A stretch of DNA of 20,000 bases. Origin: Ancylonema sp. Taxonomy: Eukaryota. Shown one piece after another: positions 10,255 to 20,000 of this stretch; position 1 is the first letter of the stretch; the number at the start of each line of letters is the position of its first letter. The position numbers and the translations under genes are program-made. Below the pieces are notes generated by a model, which worked only from the letters and a program-made list of their open reading frames with translations, had not been told where the DNA came from and did not search any database. The stretch covers positions 52,191 through 72,190 of the forward strand of contig JBFLGF010000054.1 in the NCBI GenBank assembly GCA_050230475.1. The letters are read 5' to 3'.

Positions 10255-11267
10255 GAAAACCGCACCACATGTCACACCTCAATTCGGAATATATTCGAAA
10301 TATAGGTTCAAATATAAATTCTCGGTCGCCCCGGACCCGGATCGAAAATTCGGGTGTTTTTAAAGCGCCGGGACGGCTCAGCGCGTGCCGTTACAACGCG
10401 AACATTTTTTTTTTAACATATCAAAATACTAAAACCCCGTTTTTCAAACCGATTCTCGTTCGTTTTTCAGGAGTGAACGGATAATTAACCTCATACCGTC
10501 GTCGGGGAGATCAACTCTTGAGATGAGCTACCATTATAAACAAAAAAATGGTTCAATCCAATCAATACATCTTCGACCTCTGCGGGCGCGAGGCGAGATC
10601 GCGGTCGGTGGCGGTCGGAACGGTCGGATGCGATAGGGTGTAGCGATAAGATTCTTCTCCCGTAGGCTGCGATTTTTTGTTGGCTACTTTCTCATTCCTT
10701 TGGTTACTTGTTCGGATTGTGTTTTTGTGCCCATTGCCGTTGGAAGGCGGTGATGTGCAATATTATCATCAATAATCTTCTAAGCCATGGTTGGATTTCC
10801 AACGTTTTGCCTTCTAAGGTGCCATCGTTGCCATTTGTGTGAGTGCACATCATAACGCGATGAAAAACTGAAAGTGAAAAAAAATGCTAGACTACACTCA
10901 CAATACTTTTACCATCTTGTAAACTACAAGTTGTAGTACATAACACTTATGAACAAAAAGTTGTCGGTAAAAATAAATGTGTACGCCGCGATGTTTCCAC
11001 ATTAAGAATACTGTCAATTACTTATTTATAACTACATTATTTATGCAAACCGGTTTCAAATGCCAACCGGTTCAAAGTAACATAGGTTTTAAATTAAAAC
11101 ATCATGATGATTTGCAATACATGGACTCAAAAATCAACATTCACAATCGTGAAAAACCGAGAGAGACCGATACGGACCTACCATTAATATATTCGGTGTT
11201 CCATTACATTTTAAGAAATGCCTCGTGTTTCCCCCCCCACCTCCCACCGCCGTCCAACCGGTCCAAT

Positions 11268-11657
11268 CATAGTAGTACCCGGACGGGTCAGGGCATTTTG
11301 CGGACGCGTCCGCGACGTCCGGGTCCGCAAAGCGTCCGGGTACTTAGGGGTTATTATCCGAATGAAAAAGTGTATGACCGGGCGACGGAGATATTTGAGT
11401 TCTTCCGGTTATGAGATCCTACAGCCTATAGGCTACCTGGCAATTTTAGGACGTGATCCAACCGTCCATACCACACACATTTTAGCGAAAAAAATATGGA
11501 CGGTGTACTCCGGGGTGTGAGGAAGCTAAAACAAAAACTACTAAAAATCTTCGAGTACCCGGACGTCCACCGGGAACTGGCGGACGCGTCCGGAAGACGT
11601 CCGCTGGCGGACGCGTCCGCGACGTCCGCGTCCGCAAAGCATCTGGGTACTACCATG
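11268..11657. mobile_element. hAT-like MITE (390 bp)
   Basis: TIRs CATAGTAGTACCC / GGGTACTACCATG (12/13). Exact 8-bp TSD GGTCCAAT (11260-11267, 11658-11665). Subterminal palindromes GCGGACGCGTCCG at both ends. Confidence 0.88.
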
Positions 11658-13225
11658 GGTCCAATCGCCAAACAATAGTGGCGGTCGGGCGGTAGGGTGG
11701 CGGTTGGACGGCAGAATCGCGGTCGGGTGGCGGTCGGAGCGGTTGGGCGGCGGTCGGAGGCGGTCGGCGGGCGGCCGACCGCTGACCGCCTCCGATTCTA
11801 GCGGGCGGGGCCGAGCCTAGCAAAACGGGCTGCAAATCGATGTGGATGCATGTCCATGGCCGTGTACGTACATACCAAGTCAACCACAAGTCTGAATGTT
11901 TGTGCCACGTGTTGCCATGTTCGGCAACGGTTTGATACTTTATCATCGTTGAATTTATTCACGTATTCATCTTTTCGGGTTGTTCGTCCACTTCCCTCAC
12001 TAGAGCGTAGCTATTTCTCTATTTTGGTTCTCCCCCCCCCCTCCCAACACCCCATCTTTTTGGGTTATGTTGCCACCCGCCGATGCACATCACCCGGATG
12101 GTGTTGCCGCCCCGATGGAAATCAGTAAGCAATTGGCGTCCCTCCATCCGTTCGACCCCAACCACGATTAACTGGCAACGAAGGGTTGCTGAATATAATC
12201 TATCGTACACAAGACTACACAAGAGCTTCGTATACTTTTAATTTAACATGCAAAACGTACATCACCCGCATTGCACTTCACATGTTGTTACTTACTCACC
12301 ATCTCCAAGCACCTTTAAACTCCCTACGTTTTGATAATTTGGATGCGATGAGAGATGGTGAGTAGTTTACAAATTGTGAAGTGCTATTCGCGCGATGGTA
12401 TTCCGTCTAAGAACGTATCGCATGAAGTGAAGGTGTGCGAGGTGCTAGTACGAAGGAGGACGAAGTGAAGCTTGAAGAGATCAAGACGTCCAAGGGAGAT
12501 AAAAAAGTATGAAAGGTACGACAAACATTGTGTCCAAGCGTTTTGTGGAGGGGGTAGAGAAGAGTGGTACGGATCATTCTCGGCATGCATGAATGGAACG
12601 CGATGTTGTATGATTATGTGTAGCCTCAGTTTCAAACCCGAAATTTGGTTTTCATGAGAGTTGTACCTTTCTCTGTTCACTCATCTATACAAGACGAGTT
12701 ATGTCCGCGAATTTTGCGCATGGCATTATACGCTTGTGACATGGTTTGGGACACGGCCACTTCATTTCTCACATATTTCGCGTCCACGACATCATTCACA
12801 TTGTCTTATTTTCCATATCCAAGTGAATGAAATAACACAATCACAAAACGAAGCGATTTTATGCTCGTTGCAAGCGAGCGACTGCACATCATCGAGAAAT
12901 CCGTGTTGCGTGACATTCGCATCTCATAATGACTGCTACGCAAGCTGAAGGATAAATTTTGTGAAGGACTGCTGTCTAAAATAATAACCTCTCGAGGAAT
13001 GAAAACATACGGTCTCAATACCGGAATTTCTCGTAGAATTCAATTCCGAAGTGAATAACCGTCTCAAGGCGTATATTTTCTCGGGATTGTACGTATTCCT
13101 TAAGACAAGTTATATTGTATCCTCGATACTTCAAGATAAATCGCCTCGATGACTTAACGACCACGCTACATCATTCTCCACCAAGGAGATGGTGAATTGC
13201 TCGCATTGATGTATCCCATCAAGTA

Positions 13226-13718
13226 CCGTACCGGCCTACTTTAACACTCCACTAATTAATAATTAATGGTTGGGGTGGGGCAAGGAAAATAATTCAATAT
13301 TTTTTATTTTGGGGTAATAAGTAGGTTCGGTAATTCGTTTTTGGGGACAGGTGGGGTTTTATCCTAAATTTTTGCCAATCGGGTTAACAACGGCGGCAAG
13401 CTCTAACTAATCGGGATTTTTGCCGGGGTCACGATTTCGGGGCCATTTCAATTTTCGATGCGCGGTGGTCAACTATTACAGGCTTTACTAGATATAGAAG
13501 CTTTCATTGTGCCCGTTTACGATCCTGGACAAATAAAATCCCGTTGCCGAGTCAGGGTATAAGTCGCTGGAGTAATGTAATTAATTGCTAAAAACCTAGG
13601 CTGGGGTAATGGGGTGGGGTAACAATAACTAATTAATTTTGGGTGGGGTAAGGGGGTCGGGCGTGAATAAACTTGTTGTTTGGGAAAAGGGGTGGGGTAT
13701 TAAAGTTGGCCGGTACGG
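13226..13718. mobile_element. Tc1/mariner-like MITE (CCGT termini, TA TSD)
   Basis: Left CCGTACCGGCCTACTTTAACACTCC vs reverse complement of right end CCGTACCGGCCAACTTTAATACCCC. TA on both sides. Confidence 0.8.
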
Positions 13719-13856
13719 TATGACGGTGTTGGGGGAAGAAATGAGGGGGGAAATGGGGGAAACAATATCTTGTCCACAAGTTCGAAAAAATCGTTATATC
13801 CGTTGTGATCACACTCACCATGATCAAGCGATCGGGAGCCATATATGACTTGCAAC

Positions 13857-14917
13857 CATAGTTGCACGGACCGGCGGACCGGGTTCCGAGGTCCCGGTTC
13901 CGGACCGGGGTTCGTCCTTCTAGGCCAAAATGCCGGACCCGCGGTAGTACGATACTTTTGGTTTTTCTTTCGGGATTTTGAAAGGGGTTACCGTGAAGGA
14001 AAAAAACCGAAAAAAACATACTTGTTTTTCATTTGGGCTTGTGCATTGTGCAAAAATGGAAGAAAAGTGTACTCTTTCAAATTTCCCCGACTTTGTCCAT
14101 TTCCCCCATAGTGGGTCCCCGAGCCGGAAAATATACGCGCCGGCTCGTATTTGGAGCGCGCGCGCGCCGGCTCGGAGCCGGGCTCGCAAAATCTGCGAGC
14201 GGAGCGGGACCCACATAAAAAAACAAAAATATTTAAATGGTAGCCCCGTCCCCGCTGAGCGGTGGACTATTATCCTTGCGTAGTACTCTTTCATTACACT
14301 CTGTATTCCGTCATTATTCTGTCCCCGTTCGCAAGTCCCCCTTGTCGTTTGCAAGCTACGATTCTTTCGTTTAGCACGTCTCCCGTTCATCGTATTTTTC
14401 CGTACCATCGTTGTCCTCCGATTCCTTCGTATTTTGTGACACTCATAGATTCTGTTTGTCGTTTGTGCCACAGAATCTATCAGTTTTTTCAGAAATCCCG
14501 CATCTGACGAGTGCAATGTTCAGTGCTCCGTTCCTCCCCCAGATGTCGTCTGATTCCCGTAATGTCAGAAGGTCTTTAAGATTTGCTACATACTCTTTTA
14601 GTTGCCAAAAAAAAAACGGATACGACGGACACAGTAACCATCAGAATATGGTTATTATGTTCCGGACGTACTGCCCGAAGTACTGGTAACTAGTAACAAC
14701 CTGCTTCGCAGAGGAGGATTTGTACTTAGTCGTATTTGCCGGCTCCGAGCCGGGCTCGCAAATTCCGCGAGCGGAGCGGGACCCACTATGATTTCCCCCC
14801 GAAAATTGCCGGGGGAGGAAAAAACATTAAAAGATCCCCGGTCCGACCGCGGTCCCGACTCCGAACCCGGTCTGACCGCGGTCCGAAAAAATAATATCGT
14901 TGGTCCGTGCAACTATG
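13857..14917. mobile_element. hAT-like non-autonomous element (outer)
   Basis: Perfect 16-bp TIR CATAGTTGCACGGACC. Exact 8-bp TSD CTTGCAAC (13849-13856, 14918-14925). Subterminal GGACC/GGTCC repeats. Confidence 0.9.
14107..14790. mobile_element. hAT-like element nested in the 13857-14917 element (684 bp)
   Basis: Perfect 13-bp TIR CATAGTGGGTCCC. Exact 8-bp TSD ATTTCCCC (14099-14106, 14791-14798). Internal ~49-bp direct repeat (14166-14214 vs 14738-14786). Confidence 0.9.
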
Positions 14918-15379
14918 CTTGCAACACTATACTGATTGATATGTTGTCTACGCCAGAATCTTTCGATATAACTACATCCTTTCAACCCAAATGCCCACCC
15001 ATACACATGCGTACAATTTGGGGGGGTCGGTCTAGTAGTCAGCGTGCCTCTATTGTGAAGGCACACCCTCTTAATTTGCACGAAAGGTGCCTAGAGAGAA
15101 GGCGGTCTAAACCATCGTGATCACCAATTATTCTAACCTCTCTTTTGCAAGTCATTTATTTTGACCTCATCTTTCTTTTTGTCACCTTGTACCTTCGCCA
15201 CAATTCGCACACCAAATTCATGCTCCCAAGTTTATTTTCATAAGCAATTGTACCTCTCCTTATGGATTTATAAATGTCATTACTGCATCCCTCAACAAAC
15301 AGCCTCGGCGACAAAACATACTTGTAAGGCAAAGAGACGTGCAAAATAAATGCGAAGACTCAGCATCGGGTCTACAATG

Positions 15380-15503
15380 TCAAGCGGCAAATGGAGGCAA
15401 TCCCCAACCCGACGGGTCAAAATCTTCTAACGACTTGAGAACCTCATTCGCCCCTTTGATCAGCCCTTTGTCCAGTTGCGGATGTGGCACCATCACCACA
15501 GGC
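15380..15503 (-). CDS. GPP: GPP-like exon 6 (PVVMVPHPQLD...WGLPPFAA*)
   Basis: ccacag| acceptor, TGA stop. Confidence 0.92.
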
Positions 15504-18500
15504 CTGTGGCGAAAATGAAAACTCATTGTTCCTCTCAGGAGTGATAATGTAAATAATATAAAAATACAAAAGAATAAACAATACTTGAATGAAGCAATCG
15601 AACACGTCACTGTCCTTCAACGAAGTTTTGGTGACCTTTATCTGGTGGAAGGGTATAATGGTATCCTACTCCACCTGCATGTGCGTTTTTGCCCAGATCT
15701 CAATCATGAGTTATTGCAAAATGTACAAAAGGGCAGAAAATAAAGAGGGCAGACAATAAAGAAGGGCAAAAGAAGGGCAGAATGTAAAGAAGGGCAGAAA
15801 AGAAAGTAGGACATTATTTAGAAAAGGGCAGAAAATCAAGAAGGGCAGAAGGTAAAGGAGGGCAGAAGATAGAAATGAGCTCACATTGAGGCCGCCACTG
15901 CGGCTTGAACGCCGATTGGGGCATCTTCAAATACTAACGTGTTGGCGGATGGGGGAGGGTTCTGTTGCATACAGATGAACGGCAATAATAGTTGTACGTA
16001 TTCAGTTCAGAAAACAAATAACATGCTGGAGTAGAACCATGATGATAATGCAGACAAATGTACTTGATTCATATACGAGTTTGGATTTGGAAGGGTCTGG
16101 AGAGAAACGAAGAGCGAGCATGGTGACAGCACTACATGCGTTAGTCATTGTGCATGTGGTAGGTCGCAAGACTAATTCACCGGCTGGTGGCCTTCGATAC
16201 GTCGCAAAAGAACACATACAAGCAATAACAGTCCCGTGTTCTAGAACATGAGAAGCCAGGGTAAATCTATCCCCCATTAGTTTTGCACAACGGGACAACA
16301 AGGAAGGCGGAACGCGGGCAGGAGGAAAATGATCCTGTTGACAAAGACAATGGTTTTTTTTTGTTTCTTTTTTAGGGAGTTTTTTCGGGTTTTTTTGGCT
16401 CATGTTGATGCGTACATGGAAGCGTGATGCTGCGAGAAGGAAGATGTCGGGGGCGGGTTTCCCGTTTACGAGGGCGGTATCATCCCCGACGACGATGTGG
16501 TGCATGTGTGAGAACAGCTCCCTGTGTTTTGTGGTCTTCAATTTAAAGTGACTCGCATGCGAGCTGCAAACTGCGCAAGGGACCACATTTACTCCTCGGG
16601 CTTCGTCTATTTGTACGAGTGAAGAGATGGAGAATCACTTTGAGAAGAAAGAAGAAGAAGAAAAGAAGAGAAAGAAAGAGAGAAAAAAAAAGAAAAAAGA
16701 AAAGAAAAGAGTGAGACGTGGATGGCTGATGGGTGGTTGGAGAGAAGAGTGGAAGGTGGAATAATATTTGTGTACCAAAGTGCTCCGTGTCGAGGTGGAA
16801 CCTGAAGTGGGGTTGCTTATGATGCCTCGTCAAGATGCTTCGTGTTTGTGGTTAGGAAATAAATGGTTGTTTCCGTACCTTCATAGTTTTGGAGTTGTGT
16901 AAGTCAATGCAAAATCAGGATCAGAATCAGAATCAGAATCGGAATCAGAATCAGAATCAGAATCAGAATCAGGATCGGGATCAGGAAATACGGACCTTGT
17001 AGCAACAGCCATTGGGATGTTGTGCTTGTGTAGATGGTAAATCAGCCGCTCGACACCTGTCCTTGTACGCCAACATACACCCAACGAGTTTCCGCAATGA
17101 AGATGTATACATGTATATTATTTTCGGGCATCAAAAGCGCAGACTTTCTTCATCATTAACAGAATAACATTGATCTAGAAAAATGGGCTTTGAGAATACA
17201 GTAAAACTTGTCTAGAAGAATACTTTTGGGGGGGAGAAAATATGTTCTTTTAGACAGGTAATTCATTTAGACAGGTGGAACAACTACATTCCCCAACGTT
17301 TGAGGGGAAAATTTTCTATTTTTTTAGAGAGGTTATTCTTTTAGACATTATTCTTTTAGACAGGTTTTACTGTATGGCCTGCTGTGTGAGGACCTGAAAT
17401 GCACAGCAGACTATTTCCTGCCGATACACCATAAGGACCCCGGGAACCAGACGTTTTTGTTGTATTGATTATGTCAACATTGTGAAGCTGCCAGAAATGT
17501 ACATGGCTTCTGCATACCGGAGCAGCCACCTTCCATACCCCACTGACTCATTATTTGGGGCGGGGGTGCACTTTTTTAGGGTTTCTATAGCTCTGCGGTA
17601 ATGATAAGTACATAGTTTGGGCTGGGGGAAGGGGGAGGGGGAAGAATAAATATATAATTTTGCGAAAAGGGTGGGGTACTAAATCTGGGCGCTATGGTAC
17701 TTCTTCAGCATGCCTCGCCTGCCGACATACCATATAGCCTTTCCACTTCATAAATAGAAGAATGGATCCTTGCTGGCAACTCACCTGGCATGAGTTCTGT
17801 GGTCGGGAAGAGGTCGTGCAGTTTTTCTTCTCGTCTTTTTATGAACTCCTCTGGCGTGATGATGCCTTCCAGATGAAGCTCAGATACCAGGATTTTCCCT
17901 GCCTCCAAGGCTTTCTTGCCCATCATTTTTGCTTTGAGATCCCACGAAAACTGTTTCCCGAAACTGGCACACAGCTCTTCCTGGACCACGGTGTAGAAAT
18001 CTTCGGTATCTGCAACGAGCCCAGGAGATGGAGTGAACTTTATTGTACGTCGCTATTTGTTAGGTCGTGTGCCACGCGGAGCGCTTTCTGGAAGTCAATG
18101 GTAGATTCACAGAGCGACGTCTGCGGAACTTGTCACTGACAGAGAGGCTGAGCATTTGCGAACAAAGACAGTGTGAAAGAAATAAGAATGTACGTACATT
18201 TCGAAAATGGAATCCTAAATATCACTTGTAAATACTTGAAAGTGTTGAAACGCTTATTTTGTTTTACGACATCAATGTCAACCAGCTACAGAGATAATTT
18301 GTGTACAAGAAGAATCTGCACCAACAAAACGAACACAATTAACAAGCACAGTTCATGATTCAATTCCCATTGTTGTCGCCCACAACCCGTGCAGGAGTCC
18401 AGAACAGACGAGTTGACGAGGAGAACATACAGGATGTCATCTCGGGATGTCAGGATGTCATGTCTCTGGAATTCAAACGATAGCGTGAGTGGTAAAGGGA

Positions 18501-18815
18501 TGCAGTGGCCTTACTCAGAAGCAGCCCATCCATGTCGAACAACACGTGCGTGATCTCACGCCCGATTGACATCGCTCCCCAACTGCTTTGGGAAAATTCC
18601 GGAGTCAACAAAACCCGCCTCCTAGGCTGTCTGAAAAAAATACTTTTGTTGACTGACAGCAATCTGGTCGATCCGAAGAACGCGTAATGCTCAAAATCCA
18701 CAGGAAACTGTGCACACAGAGCCCTTTCTGATGTCTGCTTTGGTTGCACAGCCAGCAGCAGTTGCGAAAGCTGGCAGCGAGAGTAGGACAAAAGGGAAGC
18801 TTGGACTGTTCGCAT
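15380..18815 (-). CDS. GPP: HAD-superfamily phosphatase, GPP1/GPP2 ((DL)-glycerol-3-phosphatase)/HDHD1-like, six exons
   Basis: Exons 18815(or 18572)-18515, 18009-17785, 17056-16996, 16563-16416, 15961-15885 and 15503-15380 join in frame via GT-AG introns (311 aa, or 230 aa from the second ATG). HAD motifs: ITHVLFDMDGLLLNTE, VATSS, GKPAPDIFL, LVFEDAPIGV, VVMVP; C-terminal DFDPSGWGLPPF. Confidence 0.93.
15727..15868 (+). repeat. degenerate tandem repeat of AAGAAGGGCAGAA in GPP intron 5
   Basis: Repeated agggcagaa cores. Confidence 0.8.
15885..15961 (-). CDS. GPP: GPP-like exon 5 (NPPPSANTLVFEDAPIGVQAAVAASM)
   Basis: caacag| acceptor, AT|gtgagc donor. Motif IV; translated by hand. Confidence 0.9.
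16416..16563 (-). CDS. GPP: GPP-like exon 4 (SHASHFKLKTTKHRELFSHMHHIVVGDD...GKPAPDIFLLAASRFH)
   Basis: tttgcag| acceptor, |gtacgc donor. Motif III Lys. Confidence 0.92.
16914..16986 (+). repeat. (ATCAGA)n hexamer microsatellite in GPP intron 3
   Basis: Seen directly, next to the exon 3 donor. Confidence 0.9.
16996..17056 (-). CDS. GPP: GPP-like exon 3 (VERLIYHLHKHNIPMAVAT)
   Basis: acag| acceptor, AG|gtccgt donor. Motif II. Confidence 0.9.
17199..17372. mobile_element. pogo/Emigrant-like MITE in GPP intron 2 (174 bp)
   Basis: 24-bp TIRs CAGTAAAACTTGTCTAGAAGAATA / CAGTAAAACCTGTCTAAAAGAATA (22/24), TA TSD, internal TTTAGACAGGT repeats. Confidence 0.85.
17517..17697. mobile_element. degenerate MITE related to the 13226-13718 element, GPP intron 2
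   Basis: Right end aaaagggtggggtactaaatctgggcgctatgg-TA resembles aaaaggggtggggtattaaagttggccggtacgg-TA. Left end TA-ccggagcagccaccttccataccccac matches that TIR at 21/27. Confidence 0.55.
17785..18009 (-). CDS. GPP: GPP-like exon 2 (TEDFYTVVQEEL...LKAKMMGKKALEA...LFPTTELMPG)
   Basis: gttgcag| acceptor, G|gtgagt donor. Confidence 0.92.
18515..18815 (-). CDS. GPP: GPP-like exon 1 (N-terminal extension plus DMDGLLL)
   Basis: HAD motif I. Donor A|gtaagg. Start at 18815 or 18572 is uncertain. Confidence 0.8.
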
Positions 18816-18964
18816 AAAGACTGCTCATTGTGCACTTAATGCCCTGACATTCCAGCGTGCAGTTTTCTCGGAGTGCTACCCGGACTTGCGCTTCTGCGGT
18901 CTTACCTTTCCAGAACAGTGAAACCTGTCTAAATTACTTAGCTCTCTATGAAGAGAGCTAAGTA

Positions 18965-19828
18965 CAGTGCTCCCTCGGTATAACGACCCTCTTTATAACG
19001 ACAGTTTTTTTGAACTTTTTCAAAATCAATATGAAATTGCCCTCGATATAAGCATAACAACACTCTACAGAATTACTAATGTCGTTATACTGTGTATACC
19101 GTGAATGGGCACCGTAAATGATTTCTGTTTTTTCAAAACGAATTTGTTAATGATTTGTAAGAAAGATTCCGGGAATCAGGTAGTTAATTAGTTAATTATT
19201 GATGATTTTTGGCAATGATTTCTGGATACAAAATTCAAAACAAATCCAAAAGCGGTATTCATAATATTAATACCACTTTTAATATCAATGATTTTTGGTT
19301 AATCATTCCGACCTCATAGGTATTCATATAAATTATTGATTTCGGGTTTCAATAATTAATTAAAAATCATTTACGGTGCCCAGTACGGTATAACGCTATT
19401 GCTCGCTGATAACGATGTATGGAAATCGAGGAAAATCTAGAAACCTCATAAATGACACCTCAAATTCTCTACAACGTGTTCGAGTTGTTCCATATGTCAT
19501 ATCAAGAGAACACCGCCTCTGTCCTCCTCGAATGGACCAGACAAAACTAACTATTTCGCTCATCCGCATGTATTGGTATCATGACGCACTTGTATACCTC
19601 GTATATTAACACACACGCTGAATTTGATAATCATGCCAAGGCAACTTACTTTAAGAACACATAATAAACACATTTGCTTATTCACTTTGCTTCATTCGCA
19701 AATTCCCTCGATACAAGGACATAGATTTCAGATTCTAGTACTAGGTGTCGTTATACAGTGTATAACGCCACCTCGATATAATGACACTTTTTTGAAATTT
19801 CTTTTGTCGTTATATCGGGGGAGCACTG
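18965..19828. mobile_element. pogo/Tigger-like non-autonomous element upstream of GPP
   Basis: TIRs CAGTGCTCCCTCGGTATAACGAC / CAGTGCTCCCCCGATATAACGAC (21/23), TA TSD, repeated TATAACGAC/GTCGTTATA subterminal motifs. Confidence 0.87.
19099..19388. mobile_element. AT-rich MITE nested in the 18965-19828 element
   Basis: CCGT...ACGG ends with a perfect 19-bp inverted core TGGGCACCGTAAATGATTT (19106-19124 / 19364-19382). Flanked by TATA on both sides. Confidence 0.8.
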
Positions 19829-20000
19829 TAATGCCCCTGGAGCGACCCAGGAATTAATATTTATGACCCGGACTTTAGACCCAACGACAAATTGGTAATT
19901 AATTTCCGGGTCATAAATCCTGGCCGGTACGGGTATATCAAGACTGCACTCCTCCGCCCCGCAAATTTCGCCCCACTTTTCGCCCCAAACAGGGCGATTC

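Noticed and set aside
9324..10461. Short inverted match GAACGAGAAT/ATTCTCGTTC as TIRs of a larger element
   Set aside because: The similarity does not extend outward and there is no TSD.
11796..11820. CTAG after a GC-rich hairpin as a Helitron 3' end
   Set aside because: CTAG is followed by C, not T, and no 5' A|TC end was identified.
13920..14516. 198-aa ORF as a possible transposase
   Set aside because: It crosses the junction of two nested elements and has no BED finger, DDE or hAT dimerisation motif.

Overview
Eukaryotic, plant-lineage genomic DNA (GT-AG introns, plant-type telomere repeats). The species cannot be determined from the window. Two convergent spliced genes flank about 10 kb of intergenic DNA. 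On the + strand is the 5'-truncated RNA polymerase I initiation factor gene RRN3 (10 exons in the window, stop at 5330-5332). On the - strand is a complete six-exon HAD-family GPP1/GPP2-like (HDHD1/PUDP-like) phosphatase gene (18815 or 18572 to 15380). The intergenic region, the GPP introns and the GPP upstream region hold many non-autonomous DNA transposons definable by TIR and TSD: three CATAG-ended hAT-like elements with exact 8-bp TSDs (one nested in another), a MULE-like element with ~89-bp TIRs, and five TA-flanked Tc1/mariner/pogo-like MITEs (one nested). No transposase ORF was recognised. The most unusual local signal is a chimeric templated insertion in an RRN3 intron: a direct copy of a downstream exon fused, via 7-bp microhomology, to an inverted copy of the following intron, positioned like a cryptic exon. 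I found no convincing evidence of a wholly new multi-gene system.
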